DNA of 64,000 bases from Eledone cirrhosa (lineage: Eukaryota). The notes beneath the pieces were generated by a model, which saw only the letters and a list, made by a program, of their open reading frames with translations, did not search any database and was not told the DNA's origin. The stretch covers positions 1-64,000 of the forward strand of contig CAXHJY010001268.1 of assembly GCA_964016885.1 (NCBI GenBank). Direction: 5' to 3'. Numbering within the stretch: the first letter of the stretch is position 1; each line of letters opens with the position of its first letter. Both the position numbers and the translations under genes were made by a program. This document shows positions 1 through 16,825 of the stretch, piece by piece.

Positions 1-1899
<1,899 letters not shown>

Positions 1900-2851
1900 G
1901 TAGATAAATCTACCAAGAGTTTACGGTAGTGTCCAATCCGTATGAAGAACTCAATGTATTCCGGATATCATGGAAAGAAGAGATGCAATGAAAAATCACT
2001 TTCGGTGAAAGATAAACGGAATACAGAGTCAAGATAAAATATTAAAAAAATAATGAATAAAACAATGAAACAGTTCCTTATATTAAACAAAAAAATTTCA
2101 TTATTTAACGATCGTTTCTAGGATATATATGTGTTAGAATTGGCATGCATATTCAACAGATCTATGTACAAAATTATACAAAATTATACAAACTATCAAG
2201 ATTAAATATACATACCAAACACACATATATGCCGTCTTCAGAAATAATGAAATATATTTATTGATAATAACAACAATTCAAAATTTCAGGTCCGTTTGGG
2301 AACGGAGTTCAAATTGACCAATGAAAATACAAAAAATTTTATGCAGTTTGGTGTGTGTATATACATGTAATTAACTTCGTACACATATTTATACAAAGAT
2401 ATATGCTCACATGCATACGCATGCCAAAAAGATGTATGCAAATACAAAAATTCAAGGCTAATGTCTCTGTAAGTTTATAATCCACAGATAAAATGCGTAT
2501 AGACACATAAATATGAAATAAATGTATACACATATTCACATACTCACACATATCCGTACACTCACACACACACGCGCGTATATGCATAAACATACACATA
2601 ATTACGAACATACATACACACACACACCCCCACACACATATATATGTGGATATAGTATTATCATAAGCATATGGATATTAATGCACGCACATAAACACTG
2701 CCACACACATTTAGATCAAGATACAGAAATTAGGTGGGAGGGGGGAGAGGTCAGTATTCAACGGTTTCGGCAGACTGCTTATTTATAGATGTATCTATAA
2801 ACTTAGAAATAAAAAGAAAAGAAAAGAAAAAGAAAAAAGAAATATATCAAG

Positions 2852-2915
<64 letters not shown>

Positions 2916-3200
2916 CACACATACAACACACACACACACACATATATAAACGTATACATATATATATACACACACATATACACACATACATATATATATA
3001 TACACACATATATACACATATATACACACACCCATATATTCACACACATATATATATATACACGCACATATACATACACATACATACTTATATACATACA
3101 GACATACACATACATACATATATATACACACATATACATACAGACATACATACATACATACATACACACACACATACATACACACACATACATATTCATA
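1900..3200 (-). mobile_element. Penelope-like element (PLE) 3' part, inverted copy (unit 1, left arm)
   Basis: 2034-3200 is the reverse complement of 5903-7040 apart from repeat-length differences; 1900-2033 matches the reverse complement of the terminal segment 13701-13834; contains a hammerhead motif. Confidence 0.8.
2097..2251 (-). ncRNA. Type I hammerhead ribozyme (long stem II), copy 1
   Basis: Minus strand reads UUCAUUAUUU-CUGAAGA-[stem II]-GAAA-CGAUCG-UU-AAAUAAUGAA; 10-bp perfect stem I. Confidence 0.75.
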
Positions 3201-3567
3201 GTCTATAAATGTAATGTTAAAACTAAAGATTCTATTTGCTCATATATAGGAGCTACTTCTAACAATTTTAAGACAAGGTTTAATACCCACAAGCATAGTT
3301 TTAAAAATGCCGCACTGGCTAATACAACATCTCTAGCAGAAAAAAATCAATAGTTATAAAAATAAGAATATAGAATATGATTTGACCTGGAGTGTGCTCA
3401 AAAGAGCCACCCCTTATCAAAATAATAGAAATGAATGTAGATTATGTTCCCAAGAACTATTTGAAATAATGAAATCTAAGGATATACTATTAAATAAACG
3501 ACAGGAATTAATTATATCGTGTAATCATAAACTAAAAAAAACATTTAAATATTATAAACCTAATTAA
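3198..3567 (+). pseudogene. C-terminal GIY-YIG endonuclease remnant of a Penelope-like retroelement
   Basis: Manual translation [35 protein letters not shown]...TTSLAEK, a +1 frameshift in the A7 run at 3340-3346, then [37 protein letters not shown]...LLNKRQELIISCNH...stop. Shows the VY/YIG, R, H, E and LN motifs of GIY-YIG. Confidence 0.88.
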
Positions 3568-4774
3568 TAACATTATTTTAGAAATTAATATATAATTTAA
3601 TTTAAATGTTAGTTAACCTATAAATTTAATTTAATTAAAATTCTACTACAGATGAGAATATAAAATATTGTGTAATCATAAATTGTGAAAAACCTTTAAA
3701 TATTACTAATATATACTTAGTAATTTAATTTATAGATTAATTTTAATTTATTTAACCCTTTATTAAAATTCCTTTACAGATAAAATATAACAAAATATCG
3801 TGTATTCAATGACAGAGAAATAATTTTTAGTATTATAGACCTAATTAATATACATTTTAGAAATATATTTATAATTTGGTTTTAAATTTAGTCAACCTAA
3901 AAATTTAATTTAATTGGCTTAAAATTAGTATCCTAATACAGACGGATTGCAGAGTGTCATGTAATCATAGAATGGGATGTGTTTTGGATATATACCTAGT
4001 TAATATATTCTTTGCAATTTTTTGGAAAAAAAATATGTATATGTATGTATGTGTATGTATGTGTATCTATATATATGTGTATATATATATATGTATGTAT
4101 ATGTATATGTATATGTATTAATTTTGATTTCTGTTTGCATATAATTATATTCTGCTATTGATAAAATACAATATCTGTTTTATTTATTATATACCTAATT
4201 AACATATACTATAGAAATTAATATATAATTTTTAATTTAGTTAACCTATAATTTATATTCTACTACCGATGTAATACTTTATTTGTTTTTTCCCTATTAC
4301 TAAATTCATTTCCTAATATTGATACCATAACGTTAATAATTTTAATTTACTTATACTATAATTAATACTCTTCTACTATTTAACTTCAAAATTCTGCTTC
4401 AAATATTATAAACCTAACTAATTTACACCTTAGAAATCAATATGTTAACTATCTTTAGTTTAGTTAACCTATAATTAATGGTATACTTATATTGAAATGC
4501 ATAATTTTGCCTTATTTTTTGCATTTCCTAACACTGAAACTATGTAAGAACATATATTGAGATCCAAATACAGATTAATGTTCTATGTTTCTTGAAACAT
4601 ATATTTACTATAATCCCCTTCTCCACCACCCCTTTCCCCCATACTATTATTATCTGTATTTGTAAGCGTGTATGTATGAATATATATGTAGGTAGGTGTA
4701 TATATGTTTGGGTGTTTATATCTGAGTATAAAAATACATATATGTGCATGCAAATAAGGATGTATGATTGTATG

Positions 4775-4807
<33 letters not shown>

Positions 4808-5668
4808 GTATGTATATATATATATATATGTATGTATATATATATATGTATATATGTATGTGTGTGTGGGCTTGTATGTGTGTGTATATATATGTGTGTA
4901 TGTATGTGTGTGTATATATGTGTATGTATATGTATGTCTCTCTATATATATGTGTATCTTCGTATCTATGTGGGTATATGTGTGTATGTACATATATGCA
5001 CATGTATATGTTTATGTGTATATGTATGTATGTGTATATGTGTACGTGTGAGCACATATATATGTGAGTGTGTGTGTGTGTGTATATATATATGTATGTC
5101 TATGTATATATATATTTGTATGTGTATATATATATATTATTTATTATTATAATATAACTTATGTGTATATATATATATGTGAGGGTGTGTATATGTGTAT
5201 ATATATATATGTATGTATATATATATATATGTGTATATGTATCTCTATTTATGTGTGTATATATGTATATGTATATACCTTTTTCTTTGTATGTCTGAGT
5301 TGTGTGAGAGTGTAGTGGTGTTTGTATGTATATACGCATATATCGATGCGTATGTATTTGTATATATGCGTATATGTAAGTGCGTATGTGTGTGTGAATA
5401 TATATCTATGTCTATGTATGAGTATGTATGTGTGTGTATGTATGTGTGTGTGTATGTATGTATGTGTGTATGTGTGTATATATATGTGTGTATATGTATG
5501 TATGTATATGTATGTATGTATGTATATGTGTATGTATATGTATATATATATGTATATATATATATATATATATATTTATTATATATGTGTGTGTGTGTAT
5601 GTGTGTATATATATCTTTATATATGTATGTGTGTATATGTGTACGTATGTATGTGTATGTGTGTGTAC

Positions 5669-5706
<38 letters not shown>

Positions 5707-5924
5707 GTATATATATGTGTATATGTATCTCTATTTGTGTGTGTATATGTGTATATGTATATACCTTTTTCTTTGTATGTCTGAGTTGTGTGAGAGTGTA
5801 GTGGTGTTTGTATGTACATACGGATATATGGATGCGTATGTATTTGTATATATGCGTATATGTAAGTGCGTATGTGTGTGTGAATATATATCTATGTCTA
5901 TGTATGAATATGTATGTGTGTGTA

Positions 5925-5955
<31 letters not shown>

Positions 5956-6822
5956 CTGTATGTATATGTGTGTATATATATGTATGTATGTGTATGTCTG
6001 TATGTATATAAGTATGTATGTGTATGTATATGTGCGTGTATATATATATATGTGTGTAAATATATGGGTGTGTGTATATATGTGTATATATGTGTGTATA
6101 TATATATATGTATGTGTGTATATGTGTGTGTATATATATATGTATACGTTTATATATGTGTGTGTGTGTGTGTTGTATGTGTGGATGTATATATATATAT
6201 ATATATATATATTTTCTTGATATATTTCTTTTTTCTTTTTTCTTTTTCTTTTCTTTTCTTTTTATTTCTAAGTTTATAGATACATCTATAAATAAGCAGT
6301 CTGCCGAAACCGTTGAATACTGACCTCTCCCCCCTCCCACCTAATTTCTGTATCTTGATCTAAATGTGTGTGGCAGTGTTTATGTGCGTGCATTAATATC
6401 CATATGCTTATGATAATACTATATCCACATATATATGTGTGTGGGGGTGTGTGTGTGTATGTATGTTCGTAATTATGTGTATGTTTATGCATATACGCGC
6501 GTGTGTGTGCGAGTGTACGGATATGTGTGAGTATGTGAATATGTGTATACATTTATTTCATATTTATGTGTCTATACGCATTTTATCTGTGGATTATAAA
6601 CTTACAGAGACATTAGCCTTGAATTTTTGTATTTGCATACATCTTTTTGGCATGCGTATGCATGTGAGCATATATGTTTGTATAAATATGTGTACGAAGT
6701 TAATTACATGTATATACACACACCAAACTGCATAAAATTTTTTGTATTTTCATTGGTCAATTTGAACTCCGTTCCCAAACGGACCTGAAATTTTGAATTG
6801 TTGTTATTATCAATAAATATAT

Positions 6823-6977
6823 TTCATTATTTCTGAAGACGGCATATATGTGTGTTTGGTATGTATATTTAATCTTGATAGTTTGTATAATTTTGTATAA
6901 TTTTGTACATAGATCTGTTGAATATGCATGCCAATTCTAACACATATATATCCTAGAAACGATCGTTAAATAATGAA
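6823..6977 (+). ncRNA. Type I hammerhead ribozyme (long stem II), copy 2
   Basis: Stem I 6823-6832/6968-6977 (perfect), CUGAAGA 6833-6839, stem II region 6840-6955, GAAAC 6956-6960, palindromic stem III ACGAUCGU, cleavage triplet GUU. Confidence 0.78.
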
Positions 6978-7037
6978 CTTTTTTTGTTTAATATAAGGAA
7001 CTGTTTCATTGTTTTATTCATTATTTTTTTAATATTT

Positions 7038-7096
<59 letters not shown>

Positions 7097-7102
7097 ATAT
7101 AT

Positions 7103-8086
7103 ATAAAATATTAAACAAATAATGAACAAACAATTCCTTATATTAAACAAAAAGAGTTCACTATTTAACGATCGTTTCTAGGGTATATATGTGTTATAAT
7201 TGGTATGCATATTTAACAGATCTATGTACAAAATTATACAAAATTATACAAATTATCAAGATTAAATATACATACCTAACTCATATATACGCCGTCTTCA
7301 GAAATAATGAAGTATATTTATTGATAATAACAACAATTCAAAATATCAGTTCAAAATTGACCAATGAAAACACAAAGGGTTAAAAAGCAGTTTGGTGTGT
7401 GTATATACATGTAAAACCCTACACACATTTTACAATAATGTGTGTATAATTTGTATGTGCATACTAAAAAGATGGATGCAAATAAAAAATTTCAAGGTTA
7501 ATATCTCTGTAAGCTTAATGCGCTGATAAGATACGCAATGATACTTATGGAGTCAAGCATATAAATATATTTTTTTCATACTCACACATATCAGTATAAT
7601 CACACATACATGTGCGTATATATATAAATATACACATAACCACGAACACACAAACACACACACTCCCCCACTCACATTTATATATGTGGATATAAAATCA
7701 TAAGCAAATAGAAATTAAGTCACTCACATAAACACACTGGTACACACATTTCAAGATCAAGATACAGAAATTAGGTGGGAGGGGGGGGGGGGAGGGGTCA
7801 TTATTAGATTGTCAGACCAGACAGCCTAATATAAATGTATCTATAAATTATGAAAAATAAAAAAATAAAAACAATAAAATATAATACATATAATATAATG
7901 TACATACGCATACAGATATACATACACATACATACATGTACGCGCACATAGAGATATCTACACATACATACATACACACATACCTATACTGTCATACACA
8001 CACATACATTTACACGAACATACACATACACATATAAAAAGATATAAATACGGACACACACACGCGCAACACATACATACATACAC

Positions 8087-8131
<45 letters not shown>

Positions 8132-8240
8132 TATACACACACACGTAGACTCATATATATATACATACACATACATACATTTATACACAAACATATATAT
8201 CCCACACTCATACCACCATAAAAACACATACAAACATCCA

Positions 8241-8283
<43 letters not shown>

Positions 8284-8494
8284 ACATACACACACGTACA
8301 CATATATGTATATATACATACATATATACACACATACACATATATATATACACACACACATAAAATACAGACATGCACATATATATATATATATATATAT
8401 ATTTCATTACTCTTATATATACACATAGTATATATACATACACAACCTCACTTATACACATATACACATAAGTTATATTACAATAATAATAAAG

Positions 8495-8531
<37 letters not shown>

Positions 8532-8676
8532 TATACACACATATACACATATACATACATATACATACACATACATACATACATACACATACATACATAC
8601 ACCTAAATATAAACATATATAAATACACACATACGAATAAAGACATATATTCACACATAGACACCTATATACACAC

Positions 8677-8708
<32 letters not shown>

Positions 8709-8738
8709 CTATATACACACACATACACATACATACAC

Positions 8739-8772
<34 letters not shown>

Positions 8773-8794
8773 GCACACACATACAGACACACAT

Positions 8795-8836
<42 letters not shown>

Positions 8837-10151
8837 ATGTGAGTGTGCGCAAATACATATATATATATACACACACACATACAAACACACACAAACACAT
8901 ACATATGCATACGTGCACACACACACACATATATCACATAGATACGAAGATAAACATATAAATAGAGAGACATACAAATATATACAGAACCCATATACAC
9001 ATACATACAAACACGCATATACATATATATACACATATATACACACATATATATTCCTATATACAAGCATACACATACACACACATATATACATATACAT
9101 ACACATATACATACCACACATTCACATACACGTACATATATAATACATATATATACATATATATACATACATATGTATGTACAATCATATATACACACTC
9201 AATCTTACATTCATATTTACATGCTCATATATGTATTTTTATATTTAGAAATAAATACCAAAAAAACTATATAGACACCCATCTACACATATATTCATAC
9301 ATATACACTTACAAAAACAGATGATAATAGTATGGGGGAAAGGGGGGGGTTGGAGAAGGGGATCAAAGTAAATATATGTTTCAAGAAACATATAATATTT
9401 TCCATATCTTAATTCAATGTATGTTCTTACATATTTTCAGTGCTAGGAAATACGAAATCTATGCATCACAAAATAAAAAAGTATACCATTAATCATATGT
9501 CAACTAAACCAAAGATAGTCAACATATTGATTTCCAAGGTGTAAATTAGTTAGGTTTATAATATTTGAAGCAGAATTATGAAGTCAAACAGTAGTAGATT
9601 ATTAATTACATTATAACTAAATTAAAGTTAATAACGTTATGGTATCAATATTAGGAGATGAATTTAGTAATAGGGAAAAGAAACCCAAATAAAAATAAAA
9701 TAAAGTATTACATCGGTAGTAGCATATAAATTATATGTTAACTAAGTTAAAAATTATATATTTATTTCAATAGTATATGTTAATTAGTATATGTTAATTA
9801 GGTATACAATACATAAAGCAGATATTGTATTTCATCAATAGCATAATATAATTATATGCAAATAAAAATCAAAATTAATACGCATACATATATATATACA
9901 CATACACATACACATACATATACATATACATACACATATATATATATATATATACATATATATACACATACATACATATATAGTCACATAAATATACATA
10001 CAGATACACATACAACACACACATATACATATACATATAGATATACATATCTTTTTCAAAAAATTTTCACAGAATATATTAACTAGGTATATATCCAAAA
10101 ACACCTCCCATTCTATGATTACATGACATTCTGCAATTCGTCTGTACAAGG
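7103..10151 (-). mobile_element. PLE inverted copy (unit 2, left arm)
   Basis: Near-identical reverse complement of 10647-13700; the ORF track gives identical or near-identical peptides on opposite strands (e.g. 7189..7383+ and 13420..13614-). Confidence 0.85.
7157..7311 (-). ncRNA. Type I hammerhead ribozyme (long stem II), copy 3
   Basis: Reverse complement of the 13492-13646 motif. Confidence 0.75.
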
Positions 10152-11963
10152 TACTATTAAATAAAAGACAGGAATTAATTATATCGTGTAATCATAAACT
10201 AAAAAAAACATTTAAATATTATAAACCTAATTAATAACATTATTCTAGAATTTAATTTAATTTAAATGTTAGTTAACCTATAAATTTAATTTAATTAATA
10301 TTTTATTACAGATGAGAAAATATTATGTAATCATTAATTTTGAAAAACCTTTAAATATTACTAATATATATTCAGTAATTTAATTTATAGATTAATTTTA
10401 ACTTATTTTAACCTTTTATTATAATTTTTTAATTTAGTTTAACCTTTTATTATAATTTTTTTTTTTATTATAATTCTTTTACAGATAAAATATAACAAAA
10501 TAATATCATGTATCCTATGACGGAGAAAGAATTTTTAGTATTATTGACCTAATTAATATACATTTTGGAAATATATTTATTATTTGGTTTTAGCTTTAAT
10601 CAACCTAAAACTTTAATTTTAACTTTAATTTGCTTAAAATTAGTATCCTTGTACAGACGAATTGCAGAATGTCATGTAATCATAGAATGGGAGGTGTTTT
10701 TGGATATATACCTAGTTAATATATTCTGTGAAAATTTTTTGAAAAAGATATGTATATCTATATGTATATGTATATGTGTGTGTTGTATGTGTATCTGTAT
10801 GTATATTTATGTGACTATATATGTATGTATGTGTATATATATGTATATATATATATATATATGTGTATGTATATGTATATGTATGTGTATGTGTATGTGT
10901 ATATATATATGTATGCGTATTAATTTTGATTTTTATTTGCATATAATTATATTATGCTATTGATGAAATACAATATCTGCTTTATGTATTGTATACCTAA
11001 TTAACATATACTAATTAACATATACTATTGAAATAAATATATAATTTTTAACTTAGTTAACATATAATTTATATGCTACTACCGATGTAATACTTTATTT
11101 TATTTTTATTTGGGTTTCTTTTCCCTATTACTAAATTCATCTCCTAATATTGATACCATAACGTTATTAACTTTAATTTAGTTATAATGTAATTAATAAT
11201 CTACTACTGTTTGACTTCATAATTCTGCTTCAAATATTATAAACCTAACTAATTTACACCTTGGAAATCAATATGTTGACTATCTTTGGTTTAGTTGACA
11301 TATGATTAATGGTATACTTTTTTATTTTGTGATGCATAGATTTCGTATTTCCTAGCACTGAAAATATGTAAGAACATACATTGAATTAAGATATGGAAAA
11401 TATTATATGTTTCTTGAAACATATATTTACTTTGATCCCCTTCTCCAAACCCCCCCTTTCCCCCATACTATTATCATCTGTTTTTGTAAGTGTATATGTA
11501 TGAATATATGTGTAGATGGGTGTCTATATAGTTTTTTTGGTATTTATTTCTAAATATAAAAATACATATATGAGCATGTAAATATGAATGTAAGATTGAG
11601 TGTATATATATGATTGTACATACATATGTATGTATATATATGTATATATATGTATTATATATGTACGTGTATGTGAATGTGTGGTATGTATATGTGTATG
11701 TATATGTATATATGTGTGTGTATGTGTATGCTTGTATATAGGAATATATATGTGTGTATATATGTGTATATATATGTATATGCGTGTTTGTATGTATGTG
11801 TATATGGGTTCTGTATATATTTGTATGTCTCTCTATTTATATGTTTATCTTCGTATCTATGTGATATATGTGTGTGTGTGTGCACGTATGCATATGTATG
11901 TGTTTGTGTGTGTTTGTATGTGTGTGTGTATATATATATATATGTATTTGCGCACACTCACAT

Positions 11964-12005
<42 letters not shown>

Positions 12006-12027
12006 ATGTGTGTCTGTATGTGTGTGC

Positions 12028-12061
<34 letters not shown>

Positions 12062-12091
12062 GTGTATGTATGTGTATGTGTGTGTATATAG

Positions 12092-12123
<32 letters not shown>

Positions 12124-12272
12124 GTGTGTATATAGGTGTCTATGTGTGAATATATGTCTTTATTCGTATGTGTGTATTTATATATGTTTATATTTAGGTG
12201 TATGTATGTATGTGTATGTATGTATGTATGTATGTGTATGTATATGTATGTATATGTGTATATGTGTGTATA

Positions 12273-12309
<37 letters not shown>

Positions 12310-12520
12310 CTTTATTATTATTGTAATATAACTTATGTGTATATGTGTATAAGTGAGGTTGTGTATGTATATATACTATGTGTATATATAAGAGTAATGA
12401 AATATATATATATATATATATATATGTGCATGTCTGTATTTTATGTGTGTGTGTATATATATATGTGTATGTGTGTATATATGTATGTATATATACATAT
12501 ATGTGTACGTGTGTGTATGT

Positions 12521-12563
<43 letters not shown>

Positions 12564-12672
12564 TGGATGTTTGTATGTGTTTTTATGGTGGTATGAGTGT
12601 GGGATATATATGTTTGTGTATAAGTGTATGTATGTGTATGTATATATATATGAGTCTATGTGTGTGTGTATA

Positions 12673-12723
<51 letters not shown>

Positions 12724-13834
12724 ATGTGTGTATGTCTTGCGCGTGTGTGTGTCCGTATTTATATCTTCTTATATGTGTATGTGTATGTTCGTGTAAATGT
12801 ATGCGTGTGGATGAAAGTATAGGTATGTGTGTATGTATGTATGTGTAGATATCTCTATGTGCGCGTACATGTATGTATGTGTATGTATATCTGTATGCGT
12901 ATGTACATTATATTATATGTATTATATTTTATTGTTTTTATTTTTTTATTTTTCATAATTTATAGATACATTTATATTAGGCTGTCTGGTCTGACAATCT
13001 AATATTGACCCCTCCCCCCCCCCCCTCCCACCTAATTTCTGTATCTTGATCTTGAAATGTGTGTACCAGTGTGTTTATGTGAGTGACTTAATTTCTATTT
13101 GCTTATGATTTTATATCCACATATATAAATGTGAGTGGGGGAGTGTGTGTGTTTGTGTGTTCGTGGTTATGTGTATATTTATATATATACGCACATGTAT
13201 GTGTGATTATACTGATATGTGTGAGTATGAAAAAAATATATTTATATGCTTGACTCCATAAGTATCATTGCGTATCTTATCAGCGCATTAAGCTTACAGA
13301 GATATTAACCTTGAAATTTTTTATTTGCATCCATCTTTTTGGTATGCACATACAAATTATACACACATTATTGTAAAATGTGTGTGGGGTTTTACATGTA
13401 TCACACACCAAACTGCTTTTTAACCCTTTGTGTTTTCATTGGTCAATTTTGAACTGATATTTTGAATTGTTGTTATTATCAATAAATATACTTCATTATT
13501 TCTGAAGACGGCGTATATATGAGTTAGGTATGTATATTTAATCTTGATAATTTGTATAATTTTGTATAATTTTGTACATAGATCTGTTAAATATGCATAC
13601 CAATTATAACACATATATACCCTAGAAACGATCGTTAAATAGTGAACTTTTTTTGTTTAATATAAGGAATTGTTTGTTCATTATTTGTTTAATATTTTAT
13701 CTTGACTCTGTATACCGTTTATCTTTCACCGAAATTGGATTTTCATTACATCTCTTCTTTCCATGATATCCGGAATACATTGAGTTCTTCATACGGATTG
13801 GACATTACCGTAAACTTTTGGTAGATTTATCTAC
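10152..13834 (+). mobile_element. 5'-truncated PLE, forward copy (unit 2) with complete 3' terminus
   Basis: Begins in the last codons of the EN (LLNKRQELIISCNHKLKK), continues through the 3' UTR and hammerhead, and ends GTAGATTTATCTAC then (TA)n. Confidence 0.85.
13492..13646 (+). ncRNA. Type I hammerhead ribozyme (long stem II), copy 4
   Basis: UUCAUUAUUU-CUGAAGA(13502-13508)...GAAA-CGAUCG-UU-AAAUAGUGAA; stem I has one G-U pair. Confidence 0.78.
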
Positions 13835-13871
<37 letters not shown>

Positions 13872-16638
13872 TAGACTCATATATATATATATACATATAC
13901 ATACATATATATAAACATATATATCCACACACTCATACCACCATAAATACACATACAAACACCCACATGTATATATATATATATATATATATATATCCAC
14001 ATACACACACGTACACATATATATATATATACATATATACACATACATATATATATATACACACACATAAAAAACAGACATGCACATATATATATATATA
14101 TATATATTTCATTACTCTTATATATACACATAATATATATACATACACAACCTCACTTATACACATATACACATAAGTTATATTACAATAATAATAAAGA
14201 ATAATATATATATATATATACATATATACACATATACATATATACATATATATATATATATACATACATACATACACATACATACATACACATAAATATA
14301 TACATACATAAATACACACATACGAAAAGACATATATTCACACATAGACACCTATATACACATATATATATATATACATATATATATCTATATATATATA
14401 TATACATACATACATATATATATATATATACACATACACACACACACACACACACAGACACACATACATACTCACATATATATATATATATGTGTATATG
14501 AGTGTGCGCAAATACACATATATATACACACACACACATACAAACACACACAAACACATACATATGCATACGTGCAGACACACACACATATATCACATAG
14601 ATACGAAGATAAACATATAAATAGAGAGACATACAAATATATACAGAACCCATATACACATACATACAAACACGCATATACATATACATACATATATACA
14701 CATATATATATTCCTATATACAAGCATACAGATACATACACATATATACATATACATACACATATACATACCACACATTCACATACACATACATATATAA
14801 TACATATATATACATATATATACATACATATGTATGTACGATCATATATACACACTCAATCTTACATTCATATTTACATGCTCATATATGTATTTTTATA
14901 TTTAGAAATAAATACCAAAACCTATATATACACCCACCTACACATATATTCATACATATACGCTTACAAAAACAGATGATAATAGTATGGGGGAAAGGGG
15001 GGGTTTGGAGAAGGGGATCAAAGTAAATATATGTTTCAAGAAACATATAATATTTTCCGTATCTTAATTCAATGTATGTTCTTACATATTTTCAGTGCTA
15101 GGAAATACGAAATCTATGCATCCCAAAATAAAAAAGTATACCATTAATCATATGTTAACTAAACCAAAGATAGTCAACATATTGATTTCCAAGGTGTAAA
15201 TTAGTTAGGTTTATAATATTTGAAGCAGAATTATGAAGTCAAACAGTAGTAGATTATTAATTACATTATAACTAAATTAAAGTTAATAACGTTATGGTAT
15301 CAATATTAGGAGATGAATTTAGTAATAGGGAAAAGAAACCCAAATAAAAATAAAATAAAGTATTACATCGGTAGTAGCATATAAATTATATGTTAACTAA
15401 ATTAAAAATTATATATTTATTTCAATAGTATACGTTAATTAGTATATGTTAATTAGGTATACAATACATAAAGCAGATATTGTATTTCATCAATAGCATA
15501 ATATAATTATATGCAAATAAAAATCAAAATTAATACGCATACATATACATATACATACACATACACATATATATACATATACACACATATATATATATAT
15601 ATACATATATATACACATACATACATATATACTCACATAAATATACATACAGATACACATACAACACACACATATACATATACATATAGATATACATATC
15701 TTTTTCAAAAAATTGCACAGAATATATTAACTAGGTATATATCCAAAACACATCCCATTCTATGATTACATGACATTCTGCAATTCGTCTGTACAAGGAT
15801 ACTAATTTTAAGCAAATTAAAATTAAAGTTTTAGGTTGATTAAAACTAAAACCAAATAATAAATATATTTCCAAAATGTATATTAATTAGGTCTATAATA
15901 CTAAAAATTCTTTCTCCGTCATTGGATACATGATATTATCTTGTTATATTTTATCTGTAAAAGAATTATAATAAAAAAAATTATAATAAAAGGTTAAAAT
16001 AAATTAAAATTAATCTATAAATTAAATTACTGAGTATATATTAGTAATATTTAAAGGTTTTTCAAAATTTATGATTACATAATATTTTCTCATCTGTAAT
16101 AAAATATTAATTAAATTAAATTTATAGGTTAACTAACATTTAAATTAAATTAAATTCTAGAATAATGTTATTAATTAGGTTTATAATATTTAAATGTGTT
16201 TTTATGTGAGTGACTTAATTTCTATTTGCTTATGATTTTATATCCACATATATAAATGTGAGTGGGGGAGTGTGTGTGTTTGTATGTTCGTGGTTATGTG
16301 TATATTTATGCATATACGCACATGTATGTGTGATTATACTGATATGTGTGAGTATGAAAAAAATATATTTATATGCTTGACTCCATAAGTATCATTGCGT
16401 ATCTTATCAGCGCATTAAGCTTACAGAGATATTAACCTTGAAATTTTGTGTTTGCATCCATCTTTTTAGTATGCACATACAAATTATACACACATTATTG
16501 TAAATATGTGTAAGGTTTTTACATGTATATACACACACCAAACTGCTTTTAACCCTTTGTGTTTTCATTGGTCAATTTTGAACTGATATTTTGAATTGTT
16601 GTTATTATCAATAAATATACTTCATTATTTCTGAAGAC

Positions 16639-16825
16639 GGCGGTGTATTGGCAGTATCGGTAGAGGGTCAGACGCCGTGCTTTGCAGCAAAGAGTTACGG
16701 CCCTTTATGGTCTGAGTTCAAATCCCGCCGAGGTTAACTTTGCCTTTCATCCCTACGGGGTCGATAAAATAAAGTACCAGTAATACACTGGGATAATATC
16801 TGGCCTTGTGCCAAAAGTAGAAACA
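16639..16825 (+). mobile_element. tRNA-derived SINE with Deu/Nin-like central domain, 15-bp TSD
   Basis: GGCGGTG..TTGGCAG A-box-like head, GAGTTCAAATCC B box, GCCTTTCATCC...GTCGATAAAATAAAGTACCAG domain; TSD ATTATTTCTGAAGAC at 16624-16638 and 16826-16840. Confidence 0.9.

Larger units (their letters stand above)
3198..7040 (+). mobile_element. 5'-truncated PLE, forward copy (unit 1): EN remnant, long microsatellite-rich 3' UTR, hammerhead
   Basis: GIY-YIG relic, then AT-rich and TG/TA-rich sequence homologous to 10152-13700; ends at AATATTTTAT then (TA)n. Confidence 0.8.
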
